Below, piece after piece: positions 7,935 to 16,869 of a DNA stretch of 64,000 bases (position 1 is the stretch's first letter; each line of letters begins with the position of its first letter). Under the pieces are notes generated by a model. That model did no database searches and was not told where the DNA came from. It saw only the letters and a program-made list of their open reading frames with translations. The DNA lies in the NCBI GenBank assembly GCA_041303965.1, contig JBFYOD010000001.1, positions 30,552 to 94,551 on the forward strand. Reading direction: 5' to 3'. Position numbers and translations under genes: made by a program. The stretch is from Candidatus Aminicenantes bacterium (GTDB lineage Bacteria > Acidobacteriota > Aminicenantia > Aminicenantales > Saccharicenantaceae).

Positions 7935-8367
7935 GGACGTCTACCGCCAGGAGTTCCCCGTCAAGGGCGGCGATTTCGCCAAGGCGGGGAGCGTCGCCTG
8001 CCGGATCAAGGAGCTCCTGAAGGATCTCGGCCTCGACGCCAAGATCATCCGCCGCGCGGCCATCGCCGCCTACGAGGCGGAGATGAACGTCATCATGTAT
8101 GCCTGGCAAGGCCGGATGGACCTGGCCGTTTCCACTCAGGAGGTCCGCATCACCGTCGACGACAAGGGCCCGGGCATCGTCGATATCGAGTTGGCCATGA
8201 CCGAAGGGTATTCGACGGCGACCCCGGAAATGCGGGAACTCGGCTTCGGCGCGGGCATGGGCCTGCCGAACATCAAGCGGAACTCCGACGTCTTCCATAT
8301 CGATTCCCAAACGGGCCAGGGGACACGCCTGGAGATCATTATCCTGACGAACGGACACAAGCCATGA
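7924..8367 (+). CDS. Stand-alone HATPase_c protein (anti-sigma-factor/Ser-kinase-like ATPase)
   Basis: ...AIAAYEAEMNVIMYA...ITVDDKGPGIVD...GFGAGMGLPNIKRNSD...GTRLEIII. N, G1 and G2 boxes are present and there is no His-phosphoacceptor domain. Overlaps the upstream gene by 11 nt. Confidence 0.75.
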   Translation: MATEDVYRQEFPVKGGDFAKAGSVACRIKELLKDLGLDAKIIRRAAIAAYEAEMNVIMYAWQGRMDLAVSTQEVRITVDDKGPGIVDIELAMTEGYSTATPEMRELGFGAGMGLPNIKRNSDVFHIDSQTGQGTRLEIIILTNGHKP

Positions 8368-9638
8368 AAGAGAAGAATTACCACGCCATCCACATCACCA
8401 AGGACAAATGCATCGGCTGCGTTCACTGCCTAAGCGCCTGCCCGACCAAGGCCATCCGGATCAAGGACGGCAAGGCGCAGATCATCGACGAGCTGTGCAT
8501 CGACTGCGGCGAGTGCCTGCGCGTCTGCCCCTACGATGCCGTCCATTCCCACACGACGTCATTCGCGACTCTCGATCACTTCGAATACAAAGTGGCCATA
8601 CCGTCGACCGTGCTTTACGGGCAGTTCGGCGCCGCCAATCTGCCTACCGAAATCCTGTCCGCCCTGCGCCGGGTCGGCTTCAACGAGGTTTACGACCTCA
8701 GCTCGATCTGCGAGCTCAACTGCGCCGCCGTCGAGGAATACCTCAACGAACATCCCCGGCCCCGGCCTTTCATCACCGCCACCTGTCCGGTCGTCGTCCG
8801 TCTCATCCAAGGGCGCTACCCCGCACTCTGCGGCCAGATCCTCCCGATCGAGCCGCCGCGGGAGATCGCGGCCAAGATCCTCCGAACGATCCTGCCCAAG
8901 GCGCTGAACATCCCCCCCGAGAAGATCGGCATCATCCACATCACGCCCTGCTCGGCCAAGATGGTGTCCATCAACAGTCCGGCGACTCTGAACAAATCCT
9001 ACCTCGATGGGGCGATTTCGATCCGGGACATCTACCCCCAGATCCTCAACGCCCTCCGGAAGAGCCAGGAGGACGCTCTCATGCGCCACCTCTTCCCGGA
9101 AACACAGTTTAGCGGAATCGGCATGGGCTGGTCCCTCTCCGGCGGGGAGACCCGGGGGCTCAAAAACCACCGGGCCGTGGCTGTCTCCGGCATCCAGGAC
9201 ACCATGCGCGTCCTCGACCAGGTCGAAGCCGGCCTCCTCCAGGATATCGACCTACTGGAGTGCACGGTTTGCCCGGATGGGTGCGTGGGCGGACCGCTCG
9301 AGGTGGAAAATCGTTTCCTGGCCAAGAGCCGGATCCTGCAGCTCGTCGCCGCCGCGGGGGAACGCGCGGTCGTCGATCCCAAGGACGTCAGCCGGCTTTA
9401 TCACAAGAATTTCCTGTCCTTCGATCACCCCGTGTCGCCCGTCGAATCCCGGCCCCTCGACCGCGATCCGGGCAAGGCTATCCGCAAGGCCAAGCGCCGG
9501 GAGAAGATCTTCGCCGACTTGCCGCGCAAGGACTGCGGGGTCTGCGGGGCACCGGACTGCCGGACGCTGGCCGACGACGTCGTCCGCGGATTGGCGCATG
9601 TCGACGACTGCCCGTTTGTCAAGAAGGAGAAGCCATGA
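8364..9638 (+). CDS. [FeFe]-hydrogenase-like (Fe_hyd_lg_C-type) protein with N-terminal 2x[4Fe-4S] and C-terminal CX2CX4CX16C FeS domain. Putative sensory, non-catalytic.
   Basis: CIGCVHCLSACP and CIDCGECLRVCP ferredoxin motifs. H-cluster motif equivalents TATCP, TPCSAK, ECTVCPDGCVGG. C-terminal CGVCGAPDCRTL...DDCP. ATGA overlap with the upstream gene. Confidence 0.85.
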   Translation: MKEKNYHAIHITKDKCIGCVHCLSACPTKAIRIKDGKAQIIDELCIDCGECLRVCPYDAVHSHTTSFATLDHFEYKVAIPSTVLYGQFGAANLPTEILSALRRVGFNEVYDLSSICELNCAAVEEYLNEHPRPRPFITATCPVVVRLIQGRYPALCGQILPIEPPREIAAKILRTILPKALNIPPEKIGIIHITPCSAKMVSINSPATLNKSYLDGAISIRDIYPQILNALRKSQEDALMRHLFPETQFSGIGMGWSLSGGETRGLKNHRAVAVSGIQDTMRVLDQVEAGLLQDIDLLECTVCPDGCVGGPLEVENRFLAKSRILQLVAAAGERAVVDPKDVSRLYHKNFLSFDHPVSPVESRPLDRDPGKAIRKAKRREKIFADLPRKDCGVCGAPDCRTLADDVVRGLAHVDDCPFVKKEKP

Positions 9639-9976
9639 CACTGTCCGACCTGGCGGCACGCCTCGATCTCAAGGTCTACACGGCGGGTACCCCGCTCGAG
9701 CGGCCCGTCCTCGGCGGGTACGCGAGCGACCTCCTCAGCGATGTCATCGGCCATGGCCGCAAGGACGACCTCTGGGTCACCATGCAGATCCACCCGAACA
9801 TCGTCGCCGTGGCCGTCCTCAAGGAACTGGCCGGGATCGTCCTCGTCAACGGCCGGGAACCGGCAACCGAAACCCTCCTGCAGGCCGAAAAGGAGGGCGT
9901 GCCCGTTCTCGGCACCCGGCTCGGCGCGTTCGAGCTCACGGGCAGGCTCTACGGGCTGGGGGTCAAGGGGAGTTGA
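9635..9976 (+). CDS. DRTGG-like domain protein (second copy)
   Basis: ...GGYASDLLSDVIGHGRKDDLWVTMQIHPNIVAVAVL...VPVLGTRLGAFELTG. ATGA overlap with the upstream gene. Confidence 0.7.
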   Translation: MTLSDLAARLDLKVYTAGTPLERPVLGGYASDLLSDVIGHGRKDDLWVTMQIHPNIVAVAVLKELAGIVLVNGREPATETLLQAEKEGVPVLGTRLGAFELTGRLYGLGVKGS

Positions 9977-10722
9977 TGGAGCTCCGGCGTATCCGGGCCG
10001 ACCTCCACATCCACACTTGCCTCTCGCCGTGCGGGGAGCTAGCCATGTCTCCGCGCGCGGTCGTCGAACGGGCCCGGTCGGCCGGGCTGGATCTCATCGC
10101 CGTAACCGACCACAACACGACGGAGAACGCCGCCGCCGTCATCGAGGCGGCCCGGGGCACGGAACTGGCCGTCCTGCCCGGGATCGAGTTGACAACCGCC
10201 GAGGAAGTTCACATCCTCGGGCTCTTCGATCCCGGGGCCGATCTCGGCCCCTTCCAGGCGGCTGTCTATCGGAACCTCCCGGACGTCCCGTCGAAGAAAA
10301 AATTCGTCAAGGACCAGGTCCTCGTCGACGCCGAGGATTACGTCACCGGGTTCAGCCCGCGGTGCCTCTTCGGGGCGACGCTTTATTCCGTCCACGACGC
10401 CGTCGGTCTCATCCACGGTCATGGCGGTCTGGCCATCGCCTGCCACATCGACCGGGAGTCTTTCAGCATCGTCTCCCAGCTCGGCTTCATCCCACCTGGC
10501 CTCGGTCTCGAGGCCGTCGAGGTCTCGCCCCGCCTGACCGTCGCCGAGGCCCGGAAGGCGCTTGGCCCGTTCGACCCGCTGCCCATGGTCCGTTTCTCGG
10601 ACGCCCATCAGCCGGAAGAGATCGGTTGCGCCACGACCGATTTTCTCGTCGCTTCGCCGACCCTCGGGGAGATCCGAAAGGCCCTGGCAGGAGAGGGCGG
10701 CAGGAGGGTCATCTCGTCATGA
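9976..10722 (+). CDS. PHP-domain metal-dependent phosphoesterase
   Basis: MELRRIRADLHIHTCLSPCGE...LIAVTDHNT...GIELTTAEEVHILGLF...ACHIDR...FSDAH, the PHP His/Asp motifs. 1-nt overlap with the upstream stop. Confidence 0.8.
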   Translation: MELRRIRADLHIHTCLSPCGELAMSPRAVVERARSAGLDLIAVTDHNTTENAAAVIEAARGTELAVLPGIELTTAEEVHILGLFDPGADLGPFQAAVYRNLPDVPSKKKFVKDQVLVDAEDYVTGFSPRCLFGATLYSVHDAVGLIHGHGGLAIACHIDRESFSIVSQLGFIPPGLGLEAVEVSPRLTVAEARKALGPFDPLPMVRFSDAHQPEEIGCATTDFLVASPTLGEIRKALAGEGGRRVISS

Positions 10723-11249
10723 TGGAGGACCTTTCTCTTCACATCCTCGACATCGCCGAGAACGCGATCGCCGCCGGCGCGACCCGGGTCCTCATCGCCG
10801 TCAACGAGAACGAGAAGCGCGACATCCTGGCGTTCCGGGTGACGGACAACGGCCGGGGCATGTCGCGGGAAGAGAAGGCCCGGGCCTTCGACCCGTTCTT
10901 CACCACCAAGAGGAAAAGGACGGGCCTCGGCCTCCCCCTTCTCGCCCAGACGGCTGAGGTCTGCGGCGGCCGCGTTATCATCGAATCCGTCCCGCGGAAA
11001 GGGACAAGGATCACGGCGCGCTTCCGCTTCGGCCACATCGACAGGCCGCCGCTCTCGAAAATGGCCGAGACGATGATGATGCTCTTCTTCGGCCACGCCG
11101 AGGTCGAATTCCGTTACCAGCACACCCGTAACAGATTGATATTCAGCTATTTCCGTAGAGCCCTTGACGGCCGGGCCGCCGCGTCCACCGAGATCTCCGC
11201 GCTCCGGGATTCGCTCCGGGCCGGCTTGAAGAGGATAGGCGTCAGCTGA
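10719..11249 (+). CDS. Stand-alone HATPase_c ATP-binding protein (second copy)
   Basis: HILDIAENAIAAGA...FRVTDNGRGMS...DPFFTTKRKRTGLGLPLLAQ...GTRITARF. ATGA overlap with the PHP gene. Confidence 0.75.
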   Translation: MMEDLSLHILDIAENAIAAGATRVLIAVNENEKRDILAFRVTDNGRGMSREEKARAFDPFFTTKRKRTGLGLPLLAQTAEVCGGRVIIESVPRKGTRITARFRFGHIDRPPLSKMAETMMMLFFGHAEVEFRYQHTRNRLIFSYFRRALDGRAAASTEISALRDSLRAGLKRIGVS

Positions 11250-12003
11250 TCTCGCCGGTGAGGTAGGCCCGGGTCCGCGGGTCTTGGGGATTGGCGAAGA
11301 CCTCGGCCGCTGGCCCGTGCTCGACGAGTTCCCCCAAATAAAGGAAGGCCAGGTAATCGGCCACGCGCCGGGCCTGGCGCAGGATGTGGGTGACGACGAC
11401 CACAGTGTATTCCTGCTTGAGCTCTATCAGCCGCCGCTCGACATTTTGGCTCGACTGGGGATCGAGGGCCGAGGTCGGCTCGTCGCCGAGGATGATCTCA
11501 GGCTCGACGGCGAGGCCCCGGGCCAGGCAGAGGCGCTGCTGTTGCCCGACCGAAAGGCTTGAGGCGGGTTCGCGGAGCCGGTCCTTCACTTCGTCCCAGA
11601 GCCCGGCGACCTTGAGGTAGTGTTCGACCCTCCGGTCCAGGCCCTTCTTCGACTTGAGCCCGTGGATCTTCGGTCCGTAGGCGACGTTCTCGTAGATCGA
11701 CATCGGCAGGACCTGGGGCTTTTGGGAGAGCAGGCCCATCTTTTTTCGGATCCGGGTGACCTCGGTCCGGGGGGCATAGATATTCTCGCCGTCGAGAACG
11801 ACCTCACCCTGGACGCGCACGCCCTCGGCCGTGTCCAGGAGCCGGTTGAGCGATTTGAGGAGCGTCGTCTTGCCGCAGCCCGACGGTCCGATGATGACCG
11901 TGATCTTCTTCGCCGGGATGTCCAGGTTGATGTTCTTGAGGACCTGGAGGTCGCCGTAGAAGACGCTCAGGTCCCGGATGCTGATGGGCGTCTGCCCGTT
12001 CAT
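11242..12003 (-). CDS. pstB: Phosphate ABC transporter ATP-binding protein PstB
   Basis: 253 aa with GPSGCGKTTLLK (Walker A), LSVGQQQRLCLAR signature and ILGDEPTSALD (Walker B), in PstB-typical context. Confidence 0.95.
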   Translation of the reverse strand: MNGQTPISIRDLSVFYGDLQVLKNINLDIPAKKITVIIGPSGCGKTTLLKSLNRLLDTAEGVRVQGEVVLDGENIYAPRTEVTRIRKKMGLLSQKPQVLPMSIYENVAYGPKIHGLKSKKGLDRRVEHYLKVAGLWDEVKDRLREPASSLSVGQQQRLCLARGLAVEPEIILGDEPTSALDPQSSQNVERRLIELKQEYTVVVVTHILRQARRVADYLAFLYLGELVEHGPAAEVFANPQDPRTRAYLTGEIS

Positions 12004-12018
12004 AGGTGTATCCGTCCT

Positions 12019-12894
12019 TTATCTGACGACATGTCGATTGACCTTTCGGCTCATCGCCCGGCCGGCCAGGCTGATGAGGAGGATGATCAGGGTCAGGACC
12101 GCGGCCGAGGCGTAGGCCCTCTGCTGGACCTCGGGAAAGGGCGTGCCCAGCTGGAAGAAAATGGCCAGCGGCAGGGTCGCCGCGGGATCGGCCAGGGAGG
12201 ACGGGATCCGGTCGGTGAACCCGGCCGTGAACAGGACCGAGGCGGCATCGCCGATGCCCCGGCCGAAAGCGAGAAGCACCCCGGTCAGGATGCCCGGGGC
12301 GCATTGGCGGACCATGACTTTGAAGGCCGTCTCGAAGCGGGTGGCCCCAAGCGAATCGGAGGCCTCCTTGAGCTCGAGGGGGACGAGGCGCATGACCTCG
12401 TCGATGGCCCGGCACATGATCGGGAACTCGAGGAGGGCGACGGTCAGCATCCCGGCCAGCAGAGAGGCCCGAAGCCCCAGGGCCAGCATGACGACGAATC
12501 CGAAGGCCCCGTAGACGATGGACGGCACTCCCCAGAGGACGTCCAGGAAAAATCTCGTCCAGACGGCCGTTTTCGAGGCCCGGCCCTTGTAGAGGTTGAG
12601 GTAGAGGGCGAGGGGAAGGCTCAACAGGAAAGCCAGGGCCGTCGCTCCGATTGCGAGGTAGAGGGAACCCAGGATGGCGTTCAGGATGCCGCCCTCCTTG
12701 CCCAGGTAGAAGCCGCCCTTCGGCGTGTGCGTCAGCATGGACAGGCTCAAGGCGGGGACGGACTTCCACAGGATCGTCCCGAGGATGAGGACGAGGGAGA
12801 GGAGGACGACGGCGGCCGAGACGGTGGCCAGGACGCGGAAAAAGACGTCGGCCCGCTTGCGCCTCCCGAGGTGGCCGTTCGCGACCCCGTTCAC
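12019..12894 (-). CDS. pstA: Phosphate ABC transporter permease PstA
   Basis: Multi-TM permease with EASDSLGATRFETAFKV (EAA-type loop). GTG start in a GTGA overlap with the pstC stop. The longer ORF extension to 13212 is rejected. Confidence 0.88.
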   Translation of the reverse strand: MNGVANGHLGRRKRADVFFRVLATVSAAVVLLSLVLILGTILWKSVPALSLSMLTHTPKGGFYLGKEGGILNAILGSLYLAIGATALAFLLSLPLALYLNLYKGRASKTAVWTRFFLDVLWGVPSIVYGAFGFVVMLALGLRASLLAGMLTVALLEFPIMCRAIDEVMRLVPLELKEASDSLGATRFETAFKVMVRQCAPGILTGVLLAFGRGIGDAASVLFTAGFTDRIPSSLADPAATLPLAIFFQLGTPFPEVQQRAYASAAVLTLIILLISLAGRAMSRKVNRHVVR

Positions 12895-13775
12895 CGGACC
12901 CTCTTTTCGACACGGACCAGGATGCGCCGGGCGAGGACGTTGAAAAAGAGGACGATGAGCATGAGCACGAGGGCGGCCGCCATCAGGGCCGCATCGTAAC
13001 GGGGGATGGACATCATCTCGCCGTAGTTGTTGGCAATGAGCGCCGGCAGCGGGTAACCGGGGTCGAAAAGCGACCGGGGGACGGCCGGCACGTTGCCGAC
13101 GACCATGAGCACGGCCATGGTCTCTCCGAAGGCCCGGGAGAAGCCGAGGACCGACGCCGCCAGGATCCCTTGCGCGCCCTTCCTCAGGACGACGTGGCGG
13201 GTCGTCTCCCACTTCGTCGCCCCGAGGGACAGGGACGCGTCGCGGAGAGACCGGGGGACCGAGGCGAAGACCTCCAGCGTTACGTGGATGATCGTCGGGA
13301 AGGTCATGATGGCCAGGACGATGCCGCCGGCGAGGATGCTGTAGCCCGAGGAATAGACGCCGGCGAGAGGGGCGAGGACGCCGCCGACGAAGGGGACGAC
13401 CAGGATGACGCCCCAGACGCCGTAGACGACGGAGGGCAGGCCGGCCAGGAGGTCGACGACGGGCTTGGCGCTCTCGCGGACCCAGCGCGGGGCGTACTCC
13501 GAGAGGTAGATGGCCGCGAGGATCGAGACCGGCACGGCCAGGACGAGGGCGGTCACGGTCACCCAGACCGTCCCCGTGATGAACGCAAGGAGGCCGAATT
13601 GCCCTTTGAGCGGATGCCAGGCGGAGGAGAACAGAAGCCGCGACAGCGGCTCGACCCCGAGGATGGCTTTCGACTTGAGGAAAAGCCCGATGACGATGAG
13701 GAGCACAAGGATCCCCGGCAGGGCGGCGACGAAGCTCATCCCCCGCCGGGCCAGGGCGTCCTTGCGAAGCCTCAT
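12891..13775 (-). CDS. pstC: Phosphate ABC transporter permease PstC
   Basis: MRLRKDALARRG... multi-TM protein with RDASLSLGATKWETTRHV loop. ATG at 13775 overlaps the pstS stop. Confidence 0.88.
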   Translation of the reverse strand: MRLRKDALARRGMSFVAALPGILVLLIVIGLFLKSKAILGVEPLSRLLFSSAWHPLKGQFGLLAFITGTVWVTVTALVLAVPVSILAAIYLSEYAPRWVRESAKPVVDLLAGLPSVVYGVWGVILVVPFVGGVLAPLAGVYSSGYSILAGGIVLAIMTFPTIIHVTLEVFASVPRSLRDASLSLGATKWETTRHVVLRKGAQGILAASVLGFSRAFGETMAVLMVVGNVPAVPRSLFDPGYPLPALIANNYGEMMSIPRYDAALMAAALVLMLIVLFFNVLARRILVRVEKRVR

Positions 13776-14740
13776 TTTTTCCCTACCCCACCGCGGACAA
13801 CGGCCAGGCCGGAGGCGATCCGGTCCGGGGCGAGGCCGATGTAGCCCATCTCGGCGACGAATTTCTGGCCGTCGGTGAGGACCCATTCGAGGAATTCCGC
13901 AAGGATGGGGCGGCCCGGCTTGCCCTTGATGACAAAATAGAGCTGCCGTGCCGGGGGCGAGGGATAGACGTTCTCGGCGATGGCCCGGGTCAGGTCGTCG
14001 CGGCTCGCGTAGATCTTTTCGGCCGGATCGATCGTTCCGTTCCCGTCGAGGTCGATGGGGCAGATCTCGATTCCGGCGATGGGCTTCAGGGACTTGGCGT
14101 CGTAGGCGAAATTGACGTTGTTGAAGCCGATCCCTAAGGGGTCGCGCCGGACGGCCTCGGCCAGCCCCGGATCGCCGTAGACGCCGATCCCGGCCAGGTC
14201 CTCCTGGTGTCCGCCCAGATAGGCGGCCCAGGTTTCCGCGGCGCCGCAGGCGTCCGAACGGGTGAAGAGGTGGACGGGGGTCCGGCCGCTCTTGCCGAGG
14301 GCGGCTTCCCATGTCCCGATGGATTTCTTGATCCACAGCCCGAGGAATTCTACCCTTTTTAGCCCTCGGCGCAGGATATCGGGGAGGAACGGGTTTTTCG
14401 CGTTGATCGTGGCGACAACGGCGTCCTTGGCCACGGCCAGGGCCACGGCCCCCTTTTCGATCTCGGTCGGTTGCACCTCACGCGAGACCATGCCGATGTC
14501 CACGACCCCGGCCAGGACGTCGGCGATCCCCTTGCCCGCCCCGCCGGCTTGGACGTCGATGTTCACTCCGGGATGCGTTTTCTGGAATTCCTCCTGCCAG
14601 CGGACGGCCAGGGGATAGAGGGCCCATGCGCCGGAGAGCGAGAGGCTCTCCCGAGCCGGGGCGGGCCGGGATAGAACCGACCCGGGACCGGCCGCTCCCC
14701 ACAGGAATACAGCCAGGAAGAAAACGTGCGCTTTTTTCAT
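13772..14740 (-). CDS. pstS: Phosphate-binding periplasmic protein PstS-like
   Basis: MKKAHVFFLAVFLWGAAG signal peptide, then ...SGAWALYPL...VQAGGAGKGIADV...GMVSRE, typical of the PBP superfamily phosphate binders. Confidence 0.85.
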   Translation of the reverse strand: MKKAHVFFLAVFLWGAAGPGSVLSRPAPARESLSLSGAWALYPLAVRWQEEFQKTHPGVNIDVQAGGAGKGIADVLAGVVDIGMVSREVQPTEIEKGAVALAVAKDAVVATINAKNPFLPDILRRGLKRVEFLGLWIKKSIGTWEAALGKSGRTPVHLFTRSDACGAAETWAAYLGGHQEDLAGIGVYGDPGLAEAVRRDPLGIGFNNVNFAYDAKSLKPIAGIEICPIDLDGNGTIDPAEKIYASRDDLTRAIAENVYPSPPARQLYFVIKGKPGRPILAEFLEWVLTDGQKFVAEMGYIGLAPDRIASGLAVVRGGVGKK

Positions 14741-14783
14741 ACCTTCCCTGCCTCTGCGAGACCGCCCGAGCCGAACCGGTCCG

Positions 14784-15227
14784 TCATTCCGTCTTCTCCC
14801 TCGCATGCTTGGCTCTCCCGCTCTTTTCGACGAGGTCGGCGAAGGTCGTACGTTCCAGTATCTCGGCCACAGCGTCTCGGACCTCTTTCCATAGCCAGCG
14901 CAATCCGCACGTCCCCTCCATAGGACAGGGCTCGTGGGCCATGACGCTGACACAGTCGATGGGGGCTAGCGGCCCATCCATGACCCGGATGACCTCGGCC
15001 ACGTTGATGGCTCCCGGCGGTTTGGCCAGGACGTAGCCGCCGTTCCGACCCTTGCGGCTCTTGAGATACCCGGCCCGTTTTAGGAGGAGGAGGATCTGCT
15101 CGAGGAATCCCTGGGGGATCTCCTGGGCTTTGGAAATCTCCCGGCTGTGGAGGGGGCCGGCCGCATACTGTAGGGAAAGCTCGAGCATGGCCCGGCTGGC
15201 ATACTCGCCCTTGGTCGATAGCCTCAT
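14784..15227 (-). CDS. Rrf2-family transcriptional regulator with C92-x8-C101-x5-C107 triad
   Basis: MRLSTKGEYASRAMLEL...ISKAQEIPQGFLEQILLLLKRAGYLKSRKGRNGGYVLAK, the Rrf2 wHTH signature. Three clustered Cys sit where IscR/NsrR bind Fe-S. Confidence 0.85.
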   Translation of the reverse strand: MRLSTKGEYASRAMLELSLQYAAGPLHSREISKAQEIPQGFLEQILLLLKRAGYLKSRKGRNGGYVLAKPPGAINVAEVIRVMDGPLAPIDCVSVMAHEPCPMEGTCGLRWLWKEVRDAVAEILERTTFADLVEKSGRAKHAREKTE

Positions 15228-15243
15228 CTTCGCTCCTGTTTAG

Positions 15244-15269
15244 TTGACTAAGTCAATAGACTAAGTCTA
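15244..15269 (-). promoter_or_regulatory. Tandem palindromic operator candidate (TTGACtaaGTCAA + TAGACtaaGTCTA)
   Basis: Two adjacent 13-bp inverted repeats 17 nt upstream of the Rrf2 ATG. On the minus strand a TTGACA box (plus-strand tgtcaa, 15291-15296) lies about 21 nt upstream of them. Confidence 0.5.
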
Positions 15270-15357
15270 TTAACATGAGCGGGGAGGCCTTGTCAAGGAT
15301 TTTTTGGGTTATTCATTAAGATTTTTCACCCTCCGGAGACGACCGCAGGATCTCAGG

Positions 15358-15493
15358 CCGAGGGGTATCGTCGACGGTAGCATAAAGCGGGGATTTAGTT
15401 TTCCCGGTGCGGATACGCGGACTCCTCCCATCGGATCCGGACCGGGAAAGCGTTAAGAATCACCGCGCGGACGGAGACGACACCCCGAGGCCC
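15358..15493. repeat. ~136-nt repeated long-hairpin element, copy A (1 nt after the eno stop codon)
   Basis: Near-identical to 63830..63965, with identical blocks such as cctcccatcggatccggaccgggaa and gcgttaagaatcaccgc. Nested inverted repeats: 15362-15372/15476-15486, 15387-15395/15458-15466, 15400-15408/15441-15449. Confidence 0.8.
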
Positions 15494-15494
15494 T

Positions 15495-16805
<1,311 letters not shown>

Positions 16806-16825
16806 TTATCAGATTCGCGCCGCGA

Positions 16826-16854
16826 TTGACAACCTCGCACGCCGATGCTAAAAG
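16826..16854 (+). promoter_or_regulatory. Candidate promoter upstream of mgtC-like gene (TTGACA, 17 nt, TAAAAG)
   Basis: TTGACA at 16826-16831 and TAAAAG at 16849-16854. Confidence 0.3.
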
Positions 16855-16869
16855 GGGGTGGGAGATTCC

